In this document: positions 32,121 to 41,685 of the stretch, piece by piece
Position numbering within the stretch: position 1 is the first letter of the stretch
Layout: the number at the start of each line of letters is the position of its first letter
From: an uncultured cyanobacterium
Lineage (GTDB): Bacteria; Cyanobacteriota; Cyanobacteriia; Cyanobacteriales; CAWCAG01
Assembly: GCA_963803805.1 (NCBI GenBank)
Contig: CAWDOD010000007.1
Span: forward strand, 128,001-192,000
Reading direction: 5' to 3'
Length of the DNA: 64,000 nucleotides
Notes under the pieces: generated by a model
Seen by the model: only the letters and a program-made list of their open reading frames with translations
What the model was told of the DNA's origin: nothing
Databases searched by the model: none
Program-made: the position numbers and the translations under genes

Positions 32121-32768
32121 ATGAGAGAAAACGGTTCAAAAGACAGCAAAAAACTCTTACTAATCGACGATGACCCCAACTTAATCTTGCTAGTCAAAGA
32201 TTATTTGGAGTTTCGAGGCTATCAAGTCATCACTGCTGAAAATGGCAGAGAAGCACTAGATATTTTAGAACAGAAAATTCCTGACATGATTATTTGTGAT
32301 GTCATGATGCCAGAAATGGACGGTTATGCTCTAGTAGATCATGTCAGAAAGGATGCCCGTACTAATTGGATTCCCGTTCTTTTTCTTTCTGCTAAAGGGC
32401 AAAGTCAAGATCGGGTGAAAGGTTTAAATACTGGCGCTGATGTCTATATGGTGAAGCCCTTTGAACCAGAAGAATTAGTTGCTCAAGTAGAGTCTTCTCT
32501 GCGTTCAGCTAATCGTCTCATTCGCCGTACTCCTGGCGGTGTAGAAAATATTCAAAGAATCCAAGTTCCTGATAACGTAGAATTGACTCCCACTGAACTT
32601 AAAGTAGTTCAATTAGTCGCCCAGGGAATGGCCAATCGAGAAATTGCTGAACATCTCAATGTTAGTCAGCGAACCATTGAAAGCCACGTTTCCAATATGC
32701 TCAACAAAACCAGTCTGCATAACCGCACAGAACTAGCGCGGTGGGCGATTGAAAGTAATATGGCTTAA
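32121..32768 (+). CDS. NarL/LuxR-family response regulator (conserved cyanobacterial type)
   Basis: Receiver 'LIDDD..CDVMMP..KPF' plus LuxR HTH 'LTPTELKVVQLVAQGMANREIA'. Confidence 0.93.
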   Translation: MRENGSKDSKKLLLIDDDPNLILLVKDYLEFRGYQVITAENGREALDILEQKIPDMIICDVMMPEMDGYALVDHVRKDARTNWIPVLFLSAKGQSQDRVKGLNTGADVYMVKPFEPEELVAQVESSLRSANRLIRRTPGGVENIQRIQVPDNVELTPTELKVVQLVAQGMANREIAEHLNVSQRTIESHVSNMLNKTSLHNRTELARWAIESNMA

Positions 32769-32883
32769 TAATAGGGGACTGGTATTTAAAAGAAAAGTTT
32801 AACAATTTGACCTGGGGCATAAATTAAAGAATCAAAGTGCATTTGAGTAAAATTATTTTGCCAGTTCCCAACCATAAATCACC

Positions 32884-33342
32884 ATGAAGAATACCAGCAA
32901 GTTAGGGGAGTTAGGAGAAGAAATTGTTGCTCAATGGTTAATTTCCCAAAGATGGAGCGTTTTGCACCAACGCTGGCGCTGTCGTTGGGGGGAGGTTGAT
33001 CTTATTGCCAAAACACCAAGACTAGATTACCTTGTTTTCATTGAAGTAAAAACCCGAAGTCTTGGTAATTGGGATCAAGATGGTATTTTAGCTATGACCC
33101 CTAGAAAACAAGCTAAGATTTGGCAAACAGCAGAATTGTTTATTTCCCAATCTCCTCATTTAGCTCAGTTTCGGTGTCGCTTCGATTTAGCTTTGGTCAG
33201 AAGTGAAAAACTCCAGCTTGCTAACCCTCTAGCTGAAAATCTTGATGAACAAAAAATTAAATTAGGTCAACCAATATCTTTAGCAGGATACCAATTGACC
33301 TTAATACAATATATTCGTGATGCTTTTGGCGATTTAAGCTAA
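32884..33342 (+). CDS. YraN/UPF0102 family nuclease-like protein
   Basis: 'GELGEEIV', 'WGEVDLIA', 'FIEVKTR', 'CRFDL'. Confidence 0.9.
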   Translation: MKNTSKLGELGEEIVAQWLISQRWSVLHQRWRCRWGEVDLIAKTPRLDYLVFIEVKTRSLGNWDQDGILAMTPRKQAKIWQTAELFISQSPHLAQFRCRFDLALVRSEKLQLANPLAENLDEQKIKLGQPISLAGYQLTLIQYIRDAFGDLS

Positions 33343-33343
33343 T

Positions 33344-33733
33344 TTATGCTAAAGTCTCTGGACAATAGCCTAAACCTTTGGTAAATTGCTGGCGAAAAGC
33401 TTCAATATCAGTTCTATCTGGTCTGCCATGGGAAACCACAGCTACTTGGTAGCGGCGCATAACTTCTACCGGGGATTGTCCAGTTTCTAAGCTCCAAAGC
33501 ACCATTTGTAGGCGAATCTCCGGTTCATAGGGGATGCCTAACTCATTGAGATAAGCTTGAAAGTTTTTCTCTTGGTACGGTGAAAGAGGTTCATTGAGTT
33601 TGATTTTGATAACCCAGCCATCAATTTGATGAACCACGGTGATGAAACCGACGGAAATATGAGTCGCTTGACGTAAGTACTCGGCAATTCTGACGGTCAG
33701 GCTAGCGTTTGCTAAGAAATAGAGGTAATCCAT
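33344..33733 (-). CDS. conserved cyanobacterial hypothetical protein
   Basis: 129-aa ORF, GAGGG RBS, 'MDYLYFLANASLT...LGYCPETLA'. Confidence 0.75.
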   Translation of the reverse strand: MDYLYFLANASLTVRIAEYLRQATHISVGFITVVHQIDGWVIKIKLNEPLSPYQEKNFQAYLNELGIPYEPEIRLQMVLWSLETGQSPVEVMRRYQVAVVSHGRPDRTDIEAFRQQFTKGLGYCPETLA

Positions 33734-33925
33734 AAATTGCCCCTCTGCTTGAAGTGTTTGTGGATGCTAACTATAGTGTCGCGAAGTTTGGTTACATTTG
33801 GCTAGGGGAAAAGCACCCGATGTATCATGGGGAGGTTTACCCAAATAAAAGGGAGTGGGGAGCAGTTTCTGTTTAGTATTGTAGGTCTTAGGTATGAGAA
33901 AGCTTTACGGTAAATTGGATTTGGT

Positions 33926-35299
33926 ATGAAGGAAATTTTTAGTGGTCAACCAATTCAAGTAATTGGGGGTGGCTTAGCAGGAACTGAAGCAGCTTGGCAA
34001 ATTGCCCAGGCGGGAGTGCCGGTAATTCTCCAGGAAATGCGTCCTCTACAAACTAGCCCAGCCCATCATACCAAAGAACTTGCGGAGTTGGTTTGTAGCA
34101 ACTCTTTTGGCGCAAAACAGAGCGATCGCGCCGCAGGTTTGTTACATGAAGAGTTACGGCGTTTGGGTTCAATTATTATTGCTAAAGCTGATGAGCATTA
34201 TGTCCCCGCGGGGGGGGCTTTGGCGGTAGATCGGGGAGTGTTTAGTAGTGAATTAACCCAAACCTTGGCAAATCATCCTTTAATTGAGTTACGCCGGGGG
34301 GAGGTTAAGAAAATACCGACGCAAGGAGTTACGGTTTTAACCACAGGGCCTTTAACTAGTGAGGCTTTAACCGAAGACTTGCTGCAATTTACGGGGATGG
34401 AGTATTTCAGCTTTTTTGATGCTGCTAGCCCTATTGTGGTGGGGGATTCTATTAATCGAGAAACTGCTTTTCTGGCTTCGCGATACGACAAGGGAGAAGC
34501 CGCTTATTTAAACTGTCCCATGAACCAGGAACAGTATCTTCAGTTTCGCCAAGCCCTTTGTGAAGCGCAACAAGCAGAAGTTAAGGACTTTGAGCGGGAA
34601 AGTGCTACTTTTTTTGAAGGTTGTTTACCCATTGAAGAATTAGCTAAGCGGGGGGAAGATACCATGCGCTATGGCCCCCTTAAACCCGTAGGGTTATTTG
34701 ATGCTCGTTTAGGAGATTTCCGGGAAAATAAAGATAAACGTCCCTACGGGGTGGTACAGTTGCGTCAGGAAGACAAACAAGGACAGTTATGGAATTTAGT
34801 TGGTTTCCAAACTAACTTACGTTGGGGGGAACAGAAGCGGGTTTTCCGGACTATTCCTGGTTTGGAAGCAGCAGAATTTGTTCGCATGGGGGTAATGCAC
34901 CGCAATACCTTTATCAATGCTCCTCAATTGCTACATCCTAGCTTGCAATTCAAAACCCGCCCTACCTTACTAGCAGCAGGACAGTTGGTGGGGACTGAAG
35001 GTTATACCGCAGCGACAGCAGGTGGTTGGTTAGCAGGAACAAATGCTGCTAGGTTGGTTTTGGGTTTAGAACCTCTAGTTGCACCAAAAACGACGATGAT
35101 GGGTTCTCTATTTGAATTTATTAGTTCTGCTTCTCCTAAACATTTTCAACCAATGCCCCCCAATTTTGGGATTATTCCTGCTTTGGAAAAGCGTATTCGT
35201 AGTAAAAAAGAGCGTTACGGAGCATATCGCGATCGCGCTTTAGCTGCTATTACTCAACGAGAAAGTTGGTTGACAACCAAAGCCCCTGTAAGTGCTTGA
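33926..35299 (+). CDS. trmFO: folate/FAD-dependent tRNA m5U54 methyltransferase
   Basis: '[12 protein letters not shown]', 'ELVCSNS', 'GVMHRNTF', 'GTEGY'. Confidence 0.96.
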   Translation: MKEIFSGQPIQVIGGGLAGTEAAWQIAQAGVPVILQEMRPLQTSPAHHTKELAELVCSNSFGAKQSDRAAGLLHEELRRLGSIIIAKADEHYVPAGGALAVDRGVFSSELTQTLANHPLIELRRGEVKKIPTQGVTVLTTGPLTSEALTEDLLQFTGMEYFSFFDAASPIVVGDSINRETAFLASRYDKGEAAYLNCPMNQEQYLQFRQALCEAQQAEVKDFERESATFFEGCLPIEELAKRGEDTMRYGPLKPVGLFDARLGDFRENKDKRPYGVVQLRQEDKQGQLWNLVGFQTNLRWGEQKRVFRTIPGLEAAEFVRMGVMHRNTFINAPQLLHPSLQFKTRPTLLAAGQLVGTEGYTAATAGGWLAGTNAARLVLGLEPLVAPKTTMMGSLFEFISSASPKHFQPMPPNFGIIPALEKRIRSKKERYGAYRDRALAAITQRESWLTTKAPVSA

Positions 35300-35430
35300 T
35301 TTCCTTGTTCACGCGATATGCTAAGATTTTATCTGATAAATAAATTCATGATAGAAAAATTATATTTATTGGGTTATGGCTAAAAACTTCTGTCTGTTTG
35401 TGTTTAACCCAGCTTACAAGCTAAACTTTA

Positions 35431-36318
35431 ATGACCAATCGTTTTCGCAGCGCTGTTAAAAACAAAAAATTTCTGATTACTGCTGAGGTGACACCTCCGA
35501 AGGGAAGCAACCCAGAAAGAATGTTAGCAATGGCAAGGATTCTTAAGGGAAAGGTTCATGCTGTAAATATCACTGATGGCAGTCGCGCCGTACTAAGGAT
35601 GTCTTCTGTGGCGGCTTCGGCAATTTTGTTACAACAGGGAATTGAACCCATTTGTCAAATAGCTTGTCGCGATCGCAATTGTATTGGTTTGCAAGCCGAT
35701 TTGATGGGCGCTTATGCTCTCGGTATTCGTAATATACTAGCTTTAACAGGAGATCCGGTCAAAGCGGGGGATTACCCAAAAGCTAAGTCTGTATTTGATC
35801 TTGAGGCGGTACGTTTACTTAAGGTTATTAGCAAACTTAATAGTGGTGTCGATAGTAATGACAAACCCCTTCCTGATGCAGCCACAAATTTATTTCCCGG
35901 TGCAGCAATAGATCCACAAATGAAATTGTCAGCAATTCAGCGTCGCTTTGAACATAAATTAGCAGCCGGGGCGCAATTTTTCCAAAGTCAGTTAATTAGT
36001 GATTTTGATAAGTTAGAAAAGTTTATGTCTCAAGCGGCTGTGGGTATAGAACAACCTATCTTAGCAGGAATTTTTTTACTAAAGTCGGCAAAAAATGCTA
36101 ACTTCATTAATCGCTACGTTCCTGGGGTAGATATTCCCCAAGAAACCATTGAACGTTTAGGGGCAGCTAAAGAACCCCTCACCGAAGGTATGAAAATTGC
36201 CGCAGAACAAGTAAGCTTAGCTAAAGATTTATGCCAGGGGGTACATATGATGGCAGTTAAGCGAGAAGATTTAATTCCCGAAATTCTGGAGATGGCAGGG
36301 GTTAGTTTGGAAAATTAG
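35431..36318 (+). CDS. metF: methylenetetrahydrofolate reductase
   Basis: 'AEVTPPKG', 'NITDGSRA', 'CRDRN', 'LTGDP', 'FFQSQ'. Confidence 0.9.
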   Translation: MTNRFRSAVKNKKFLITAEVTPPKGSNPERMLAMARILKGKVHAVNITDGSRAVLRMSSVAASAILLQQGIEPICQIACRDRNCIGLQADLMGAYALGIRNILALTGDPVKAGDYPKAKSVFDLEAVRLLKVISKLNSGVDSNDKPLPDAATNLFPGAAIDPQMKLSAIQRRFEHKLAAGAQFFQSQLISDFDKLEKFMSQAAVGIEQPILAGIFLLKSAKNANFINRYVPGVDIPQETIERLGAAKEPLTEGMKIAAEQVSLAKDLCQGVHMMAVKREDLIPEILEMAGVSLEN

Positions 36319-36952
36319 TAGCTAAGGTGACGCTCAATTTCTGGGCGATGGCCTCTAACCAGTTTTCATCTTGTTTGGTATAGCTACGGGGAGCATTTGC
36401 CCCCAATATCATTGCCCCTTGGCCTCCTAAAGGTTGACAAATTACTCCTTGTGTGTTCTCTGGCAAGTAGGTAAACTCGATTTTCCCTGGGTATAAATCC
36501 AACCTAACCAAATAAACTGGTTTTTGGCTATCTAAAACCCTGGTGAGAATTTTTCCTGGTTTAACATCAGGGTTACTGCTCAAAATGCCTCTACGTAGCA
36601 AAACTTCCTCTTTGTACCAAACCACAAGCGATCGCGTGGCAGTATTGGTTAAAATCAAATGGCTTGCCCAAGCTAATTCTGTTTTAACTTCTTCAGGTAA
36701 ATCGGGCTTCATTTCAAAGCCTTCAACCCCGATCAACTCCACAGCATCAGGGGATCGCGGTTGTACTCGCTGCCAAAGCAAGCCTGTTAAAATTAGTACG
36801 GCACTGAGGATAACCCCCAAAACATCGGAACGAGACTGGCTAGAAGTGAGTTGTGGTGTCACTAAACGATTAATTAATAATAATATTCCTCCCAATCCAC
36901 CAACAAACAGAGGAAGCAATCTTAAAATGCGGTTGGGATCTTTGTTTGTCAT
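36302..36952 (-). CDS. cofactor assembly of complex C subunit B (CCB2/CCB4-type, cytochrome b6f heme ci pathway)
   Basis: Two N-terminal TMs, 'QSRSDVLG', 'ELAWASHLIL', 'LPENTQGVICQP'. Confidence 0.8.
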   Translation of the reverse strand: MTNKDPNRILRLLPLFVGGLGGILLLINRLVTPQLTSSQSRSDVLGVILSAVLILTGLLWQRVQPRSPDAVELIGVEGFEMKPDLPEEVKTELAWASHLILTNTATRSLVVWYKEEVLLRRGILSSNPDVKPGKILTRVLDSQKPVYLVRLDLYPGKIEFTYLPENTQGVICQPLGGQGAMILGANAPRSYTKQDENWLEAIAQKLSVTLATNFPN

Positions 36953-37095
36953 TAAACTAGTTCTGCTTGATAATAACCTGCTTTCAACTCAAATATTATA
37001 GTTCCATCATCAGAAGCCTTTATGGGGTGAGGCTGATTATTTATGTATAAATGCCAAGCAGGATAGTAATAAGTTCTTACTCTAATTGTTTTCTC
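36952..37095 (-). pseudogene. 3' relic of a paralogue of the membrane protein at 41686-43395
   Basis: 'IRVRTYYYPAWHLYIN...DDGTIIFEL..G...ELV' aligns with 'LKVRTYYYPAWSLYVD...PDGTMGINL..G...ELK'. Confidence 0.8.
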
Positions 37096-37102
37096 TATAC
37101 CT

Positions 37103-38059
37103 ATGCCTAACAAGACAACCCCAATAGAACTTTCTATCATCATTCCTATTTATAATGAGGAAGACAATCTTGATTATTTATTTGAACGACTCGAATTAGT
37201 ATTAGAAAACATTGATACTAATTATGAGATTATTTGTATTAATGATGGGAGTCAAGATAACACTCTGCAACATTTAAAGAAACATAATCAACGTAATCCT
37301 AAAATTAAAGTAGTAAATTTTTCTCGTAATTTCGGTAAAGAAGTTGCCCTCAGTGCAGGATTGGATTATAGCAGTGGGGCAGCAGCGATTCCCATTGATG
37401 CAGATTTACAAGATCCTCCAGAGTTAATTGGGGAATTAGTAACAAAATGGCGAGAAGGTTATGATGTAGTTTATGCTACCCGTCGTGTTAGAGAAGAGGG
37501 TTGGGTAAAAAACTTCACTGCTTCAGGTTTTTATCGGATAATTGGTAAAATTAGCAAAACTCAAATTCCTGCTAATACCGGAGACTTCCGCTTAATAGAT
37601 CGGCGAGTGATAGAAGCTTTAAAAAAAATGCCAGAAAGAAATCGCTTTATGAAAGGTATGTTTGCTTGGGTAGGATTTAAGCAAACTTCTGTCTTATTTG
37701 ATCGCCCTCAACGTCACAAAGGAACAACTTCTTGGAATTATTGGAAGCTATGGAATTTTGCTCTTGATGGGATTACATCTTTTAGTTCTGCCCCTTTAAA
37801 AATCTGGACTTATGTAGGCCTATTTATTTCTTCTCTTGCCTTTTTGTATGCTTCATTACTCATTATTCGTACCATTATTCGTGGCTATATTGACGTACCA
37901 GGTTATGCTTCAACTTTAGTCATGATTCTCTTTTTTGGTGGTATTCAACTAATTACTTTAGGGGTGATTGGTGAATATTTAGGTCGCGTTTACGAAGAGG
38001 TTAAAGCCCGTCCCCTCTATTTTGTTAGGGAATCCTATGGTTTTGAAGAAGAAAACTAA
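37103..38059 (+). CDS. GT2 polyprenyl-phosphate glycosyltransferase (GtrB/DPM-like)
   Basis: 'SIIIPIYNEE', 'NDGSQD', 'SRNFGKE', 'DADLQDPP', two C-terminal TMs. Confidence 0.93.
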   Translation: MPNKTTPIELSIIIPIYNEEDNLDYLFERLELVLENIDTNYEIICINDGSQDNTLQHLKKHNQRNPKIKVVNFSRNFGKEVALSAGLDYSSGAAAIPIDADLQDPPELIGELVTKWREGYDVVYATRRVREEGWVKNFTASGFYRIIGKISKTQIPANTGDFRLIDRRVIEALKKMPERNRFMKGMFAWVGFKQTSVLFDRPQRHKGTTSWNYWKLWNFALDGITSFSSAPLKIWTYVGLFISSLAFLYASLLIIRTIIRGYIDVPGYASTLVMILFFGGIQLITLGVIGEYLGRVYEEVKARPLYFVRESYGFEEEN

Positions 38060-38110
38060 GGTGTTGAAACCAAACAAAAATTATAGCTTCGTATTAGTGA
38101 GAAGATTGTT

Positions 38111-38785
38111 TTGAAATTAAAAACCAGCCTGGTAATTTTAATTATCCTTTGCATCATTGCTACAGCATTAGGAATTGTTCTTTTAGGAGGAATAGATGAA
38201 ACACAAATTCAAGCTTGGTTAGAAGCCGCAGGAATTTGGGCCCCAATTATTTATATAATTCTTTATACCGTCGGAACTCTATTAATTTTGCCCTCTACTC
38301 CCTTAAATTTAAGTGGGGGAGCTATTTTTGGACTTTGGGAAGGTACTTTATGGACAACCATCGCCGCCGTAGTTGCTGCAATAGTTTCTTTTACCTTTAC
38401 TCGTACCATTGGCAGAGAATTTGTCGCCCGTAAGTTAGCCGGGAAGTGGGAAGCCATTGACGGGGAGATGCGTCAAGGGGGCTTATTCTATATGTTCGCC
38501 ATCCGCTTGTTACCCCTGATACCCTATGGCATTGTTAATTTTGCTGCTGGTTTAACTTCAATTCGTTTTCGGGATTATATAATAGGAACTCTACTGGGAA
38601 CTGTTCCAGGAATTTTGCCTTTTGTGATGATGGGTTCTGGTTTACAGTCTTTGAAGCAGGGAGATATTCTGCCTTTGATGTTTGCTTTTACCTTAACAGG
38701 AATGCTAGTAGCCTGTGCCACCTGGTATCGCCGCCGTCGTCAGTCTCCCAGTCAGGAATTGGAGGAGAGGGAGTCTAACAAGTAA
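38111..38785 (+). CDS. TVP38/TMEM64 (DedA superfamily) membrane protein
   Basis: 'GGAIFGLWEG', 'IRLLPLIPYGIVNFAAGL', 'GTLLGTVPG'. Confidence 0.88.
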   Translation: MKLKTSLVILIILCIIATALGIVLLGGIDETQIQAWLEAAGIWAPIIYIILYTVGTLLILPSTPLNLSGGAIFGLWEGTLWTTIAAVVAAIVSFTFTRTIGREFVARKLAGKWEAIDGEMRQGGLFYMFAIRLLPLIPYGIVNFAAGLTSIRFRDYIIGTLLGTVPGILPFVMMGSGLQSLKQGDILPLMFAFTLTGMLVACATWYRRRRQSPSQELEERESNK

Positions 38786-38808
38786 TTAATAATTAATAAT
38801 TGATAATT
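38783..38808. repeat. heptameric short tandem repeat (TAATTRA)
   Basis: TAATTAA TAATTAA TAATTGA TAATT. Confidence 0.7.
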
Positions 38809-38944
38809 ACCTTAAAAAACTAACAGCTAATATCTTAAAAGATTTGACAAACGAATAGAAGTTTAAGTTGTCAAAATCAGGTAATAGGTAATGGGTGTTT
38901 AATAATAAATGGTCAATATTTAATGATAAATGATAAATGGTATT

Positions 38945-41021
38945 ATGTACAATCCTTTACATCATAAATACCGTCCTCAAACCTTTGCTGAATTGGTTGG
39001 GCAAGAGACGATCGCAACTACTTTAACCAATGCAATCTTAACCCAAAGAATCGCCCCTGCTTACCTGTTTACAGGACGAAGAGGTACAGGAAAAACTTCT
39101 TCAGCGCGGATTTTTGCTAAATCCCTCAACTGCATAGCTAATCAAGAACCTAACCCAACTCCCTGTGGACAGTGTGAAGTATGTAGACAAATTGCTGATG
39201 GTTCAGCTTTGGATGTCATTGAAATTGATGCGGCGAGTAATACAGGGGTTGACAATATTCGTGATATTATCGAGCGATCGCAATTTGCTCCGGTTCGTTG
39301 CCGCTACAAAATTTATATCATTGATGAGGTTCATATGCTCAGCACCGCAGCCTTTAATGCCTTGCTGAAAACTTTAGAAGAACCTCCTGGGCGAGTAGTT
39401 TTTGTACTAGCTACAACTGATCCTCAAAGGGTGCTTTCGACAATTATTTCTCGTTGTCAACGTTTCGATTTCCGCCGCATTGCTTTAGAGGCGATGGTAA
39501 GTCATTTAGAAAAGATTGCTATCAACGAGAATATTAACATTAACCCAGAAGCAATTACCATTGTCGGGCAAATTGCCAATGGAGGTTTAAGGGATGCTGA
39601 AAGTCTTTTAAATCAGTTGAGTTTATTAATCGGAGAAATTACTGTTGAAAAAGTTTGGGATTTAGTTGGTGTTGTTCCTGAACAAGATTTATTTAACTTA
39701 CTCCAAACTATTAATTCCGATCAACCAGAAGCTGTTATTAAGCAATGCCGTTACTTATTAGATCGAGGTAGAGAACCATTGGTAGTTCTGCAAAATTTAG
39801 CTGGATTTTATCTTAATCTCTTAATCGCTAAAACTTCCCCCCATAGTTCAGAAATGGTGGCGGTTACTGCTCCTACTTGGCAAGCTTTATGTACCGAAGC
39901 ACAACATTGGGATGTCCACAAGATTTTACGAGGACAGCAGCATTTAAAAGACAGCGAGGTACAAATAAAAAATACAACTCAACCCCGTCTTTGGCTAGAA
40001 GTAACTTTGTTGGGTTTGTTACCTTCAGCGATGGCAACACCAACAAATACAAATAATCCACAACTAATAAATAATCGTCCTGCAATTACTAATACGCAAC
40101 AAACAAATACAAATAAATCACCCGCTAATCAACAAATTAATACTCAGCAAACAAATACAAATACTCAGCAAACAAATACGAATAAACTACCCGCTAATCA
40201 ACAAACTTATACTTCACAACTAGCCCCTGAAGAGCCAGCTTCTATTCCTCAAACAACTTCTCTACCAACAACTAATAATTCAGCAGACTTGCCAGAAATT
40301 TGGCATAAAATAATTAAATGTCTAGTACCGACAACACAATCTTTATTGAAAGACCACTGTAACTTAGTTAGTTTAACTGCTTCTTCGGCGATTATAACTG
40401 CTAAAAACCAAACTTTACTAGATATTGCCAAAGGCAGAAAAGATGGTATAGAAAAAGCCTTTCAACAAGTTTATAATCAGCAAGTAACTGTTCGTTTTCA
40501 AATAGGTAATAACGTAACTTCTCAAGGGAGAGAAAATTTTTCGCAAACCCCTCCCAAAGCTGTAGAAAAGCCACCGCAACACCCCCTAGGCAATCCTAAT
40601 TTAACTAGAGAGACAGATAACTTAGCTCAAACAGTTTTGCCTAGTAATGAAGAAGGTAAAAGAGGTAGAAAAAGCTCCTCCGCAACAACCTTCTCCCCTT
40701 GAAATTAATCCTCCTACTGTTGTTAAAGAAGAAACTCTTGTAGATGAAAATATCCCTCCCTCAGAAATTAAAAGTGCAACCTCTACTCTTATTAAAGAAG
40801 AAACACCAACTAAGGAAAATATTTCTAGCTCATACTTAACTGATTTTCCTGAAATTAATACAGGAATAACCAAAGAAAAAGTTGCTAAGGCGGCCAAAAA
40901 CTTAGCAGATTTTTTCTCAGGAGAGGTTATTGAACTCAGGGATGAGTTAATATTTGAAGAGATAGAATTTTCTCAAACTTCATTGGATCAAGATTTAGAA
41001 GATGACTATGACGACTTTTAA
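38945..41021 (+). CDS. dnaX: DNA polymerase III subunit gamma/tau, with a +1 frame break between 40626 and 40699
   Basis: 'HKYRPQTF', 'GTGKTS', zinc-site Cys residues, 'IIDEVHML', 'SRCQRF'; C-terminal 'AAKNLADFFSGEVI' lies in the +1 ORF 40647-41021. Confidence 0.92.
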
Positions 41022-41086
41022 ATTGATTTATCTCTCAATCAACTCAGCTAAAACATCAAATATTTAACTACAATTATTTAACTACA

Positions 41087-41629
41087 ATGAAACAGCTACT
41101 TACCAAAGTCATTCTCGTAACGATTCTATTTTCCTTCTCCTTTAGCAATAATGTATTTGCTCAAGAAAGCAATAACTTCGATAACTTGATTACTCAATGT
41201 CTTCAACTACAAGGGCAAGAATCTCTTAGGGCTTGCGAAGAGGCGATCGCAATTTATCCCCATGATCCTCTGTCTTGGTATGGTAAGAGTCAAATTCTCT
41301 CAAAGTTAGGTAAACAAGAAGAATATCAAGCAGCGGAAACCCGGCTACAGCTTATTTTAAAATATCATCAATTTGTGGGAGTTATCTTTGATGAAAGATT
41401 GCAATTAAAAGCTCTTTTGCAAGATGGCAATGCTTTGTCTCAACTAGACGAAGTAATTGAACAAGGGGAAATTGAAGGACAAACCCTTGAAGAAGAAGAA
41501 ATTGCTTCTTTACGCCAACGTCGAGAGCAAATCGTTCAATTTAGAGATAATCCTAGTTTAATTGAGCAAAAAGTTAAATCAACAATTACGGAATTGAGAA
41601 AGAGTTATTTAGAAACAATTGAAAGTTGA
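41087..41629 (+). CDS. secreted protein with a single TPR-like motif
   Basis: Signal peptide 'VFA-QE', 'ACEEAIAIYPHDPLSWYGKS'. Confidence 0.7.
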   Translation: MKQLLTKVILVTILFSFSFSNNVFAQESNNFDNLITQCLQLQGQESLRACEEAIAIYPHDPLSWYGKSQILSKLGKQEEYQAAETRLQLILKYHQFVGVIFDERLQLKALLQDGNALSQLDEVIEQGEIEGQTLEEEEIASLRQRREQIVQFRDNPSLIEQKVKSTITELRKSYLETIES

Positions 41630-41685
41630 ATGTATTTGCCATAAAAAAAAGCTCTTTTCCTGTCAATAAACTTTGTCTATCTCCC

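Noticed and set aside
38945-40040. Intein in DnaX
   Set aside because: The AAA+ region is contiguous with no insertion or splicing motifs
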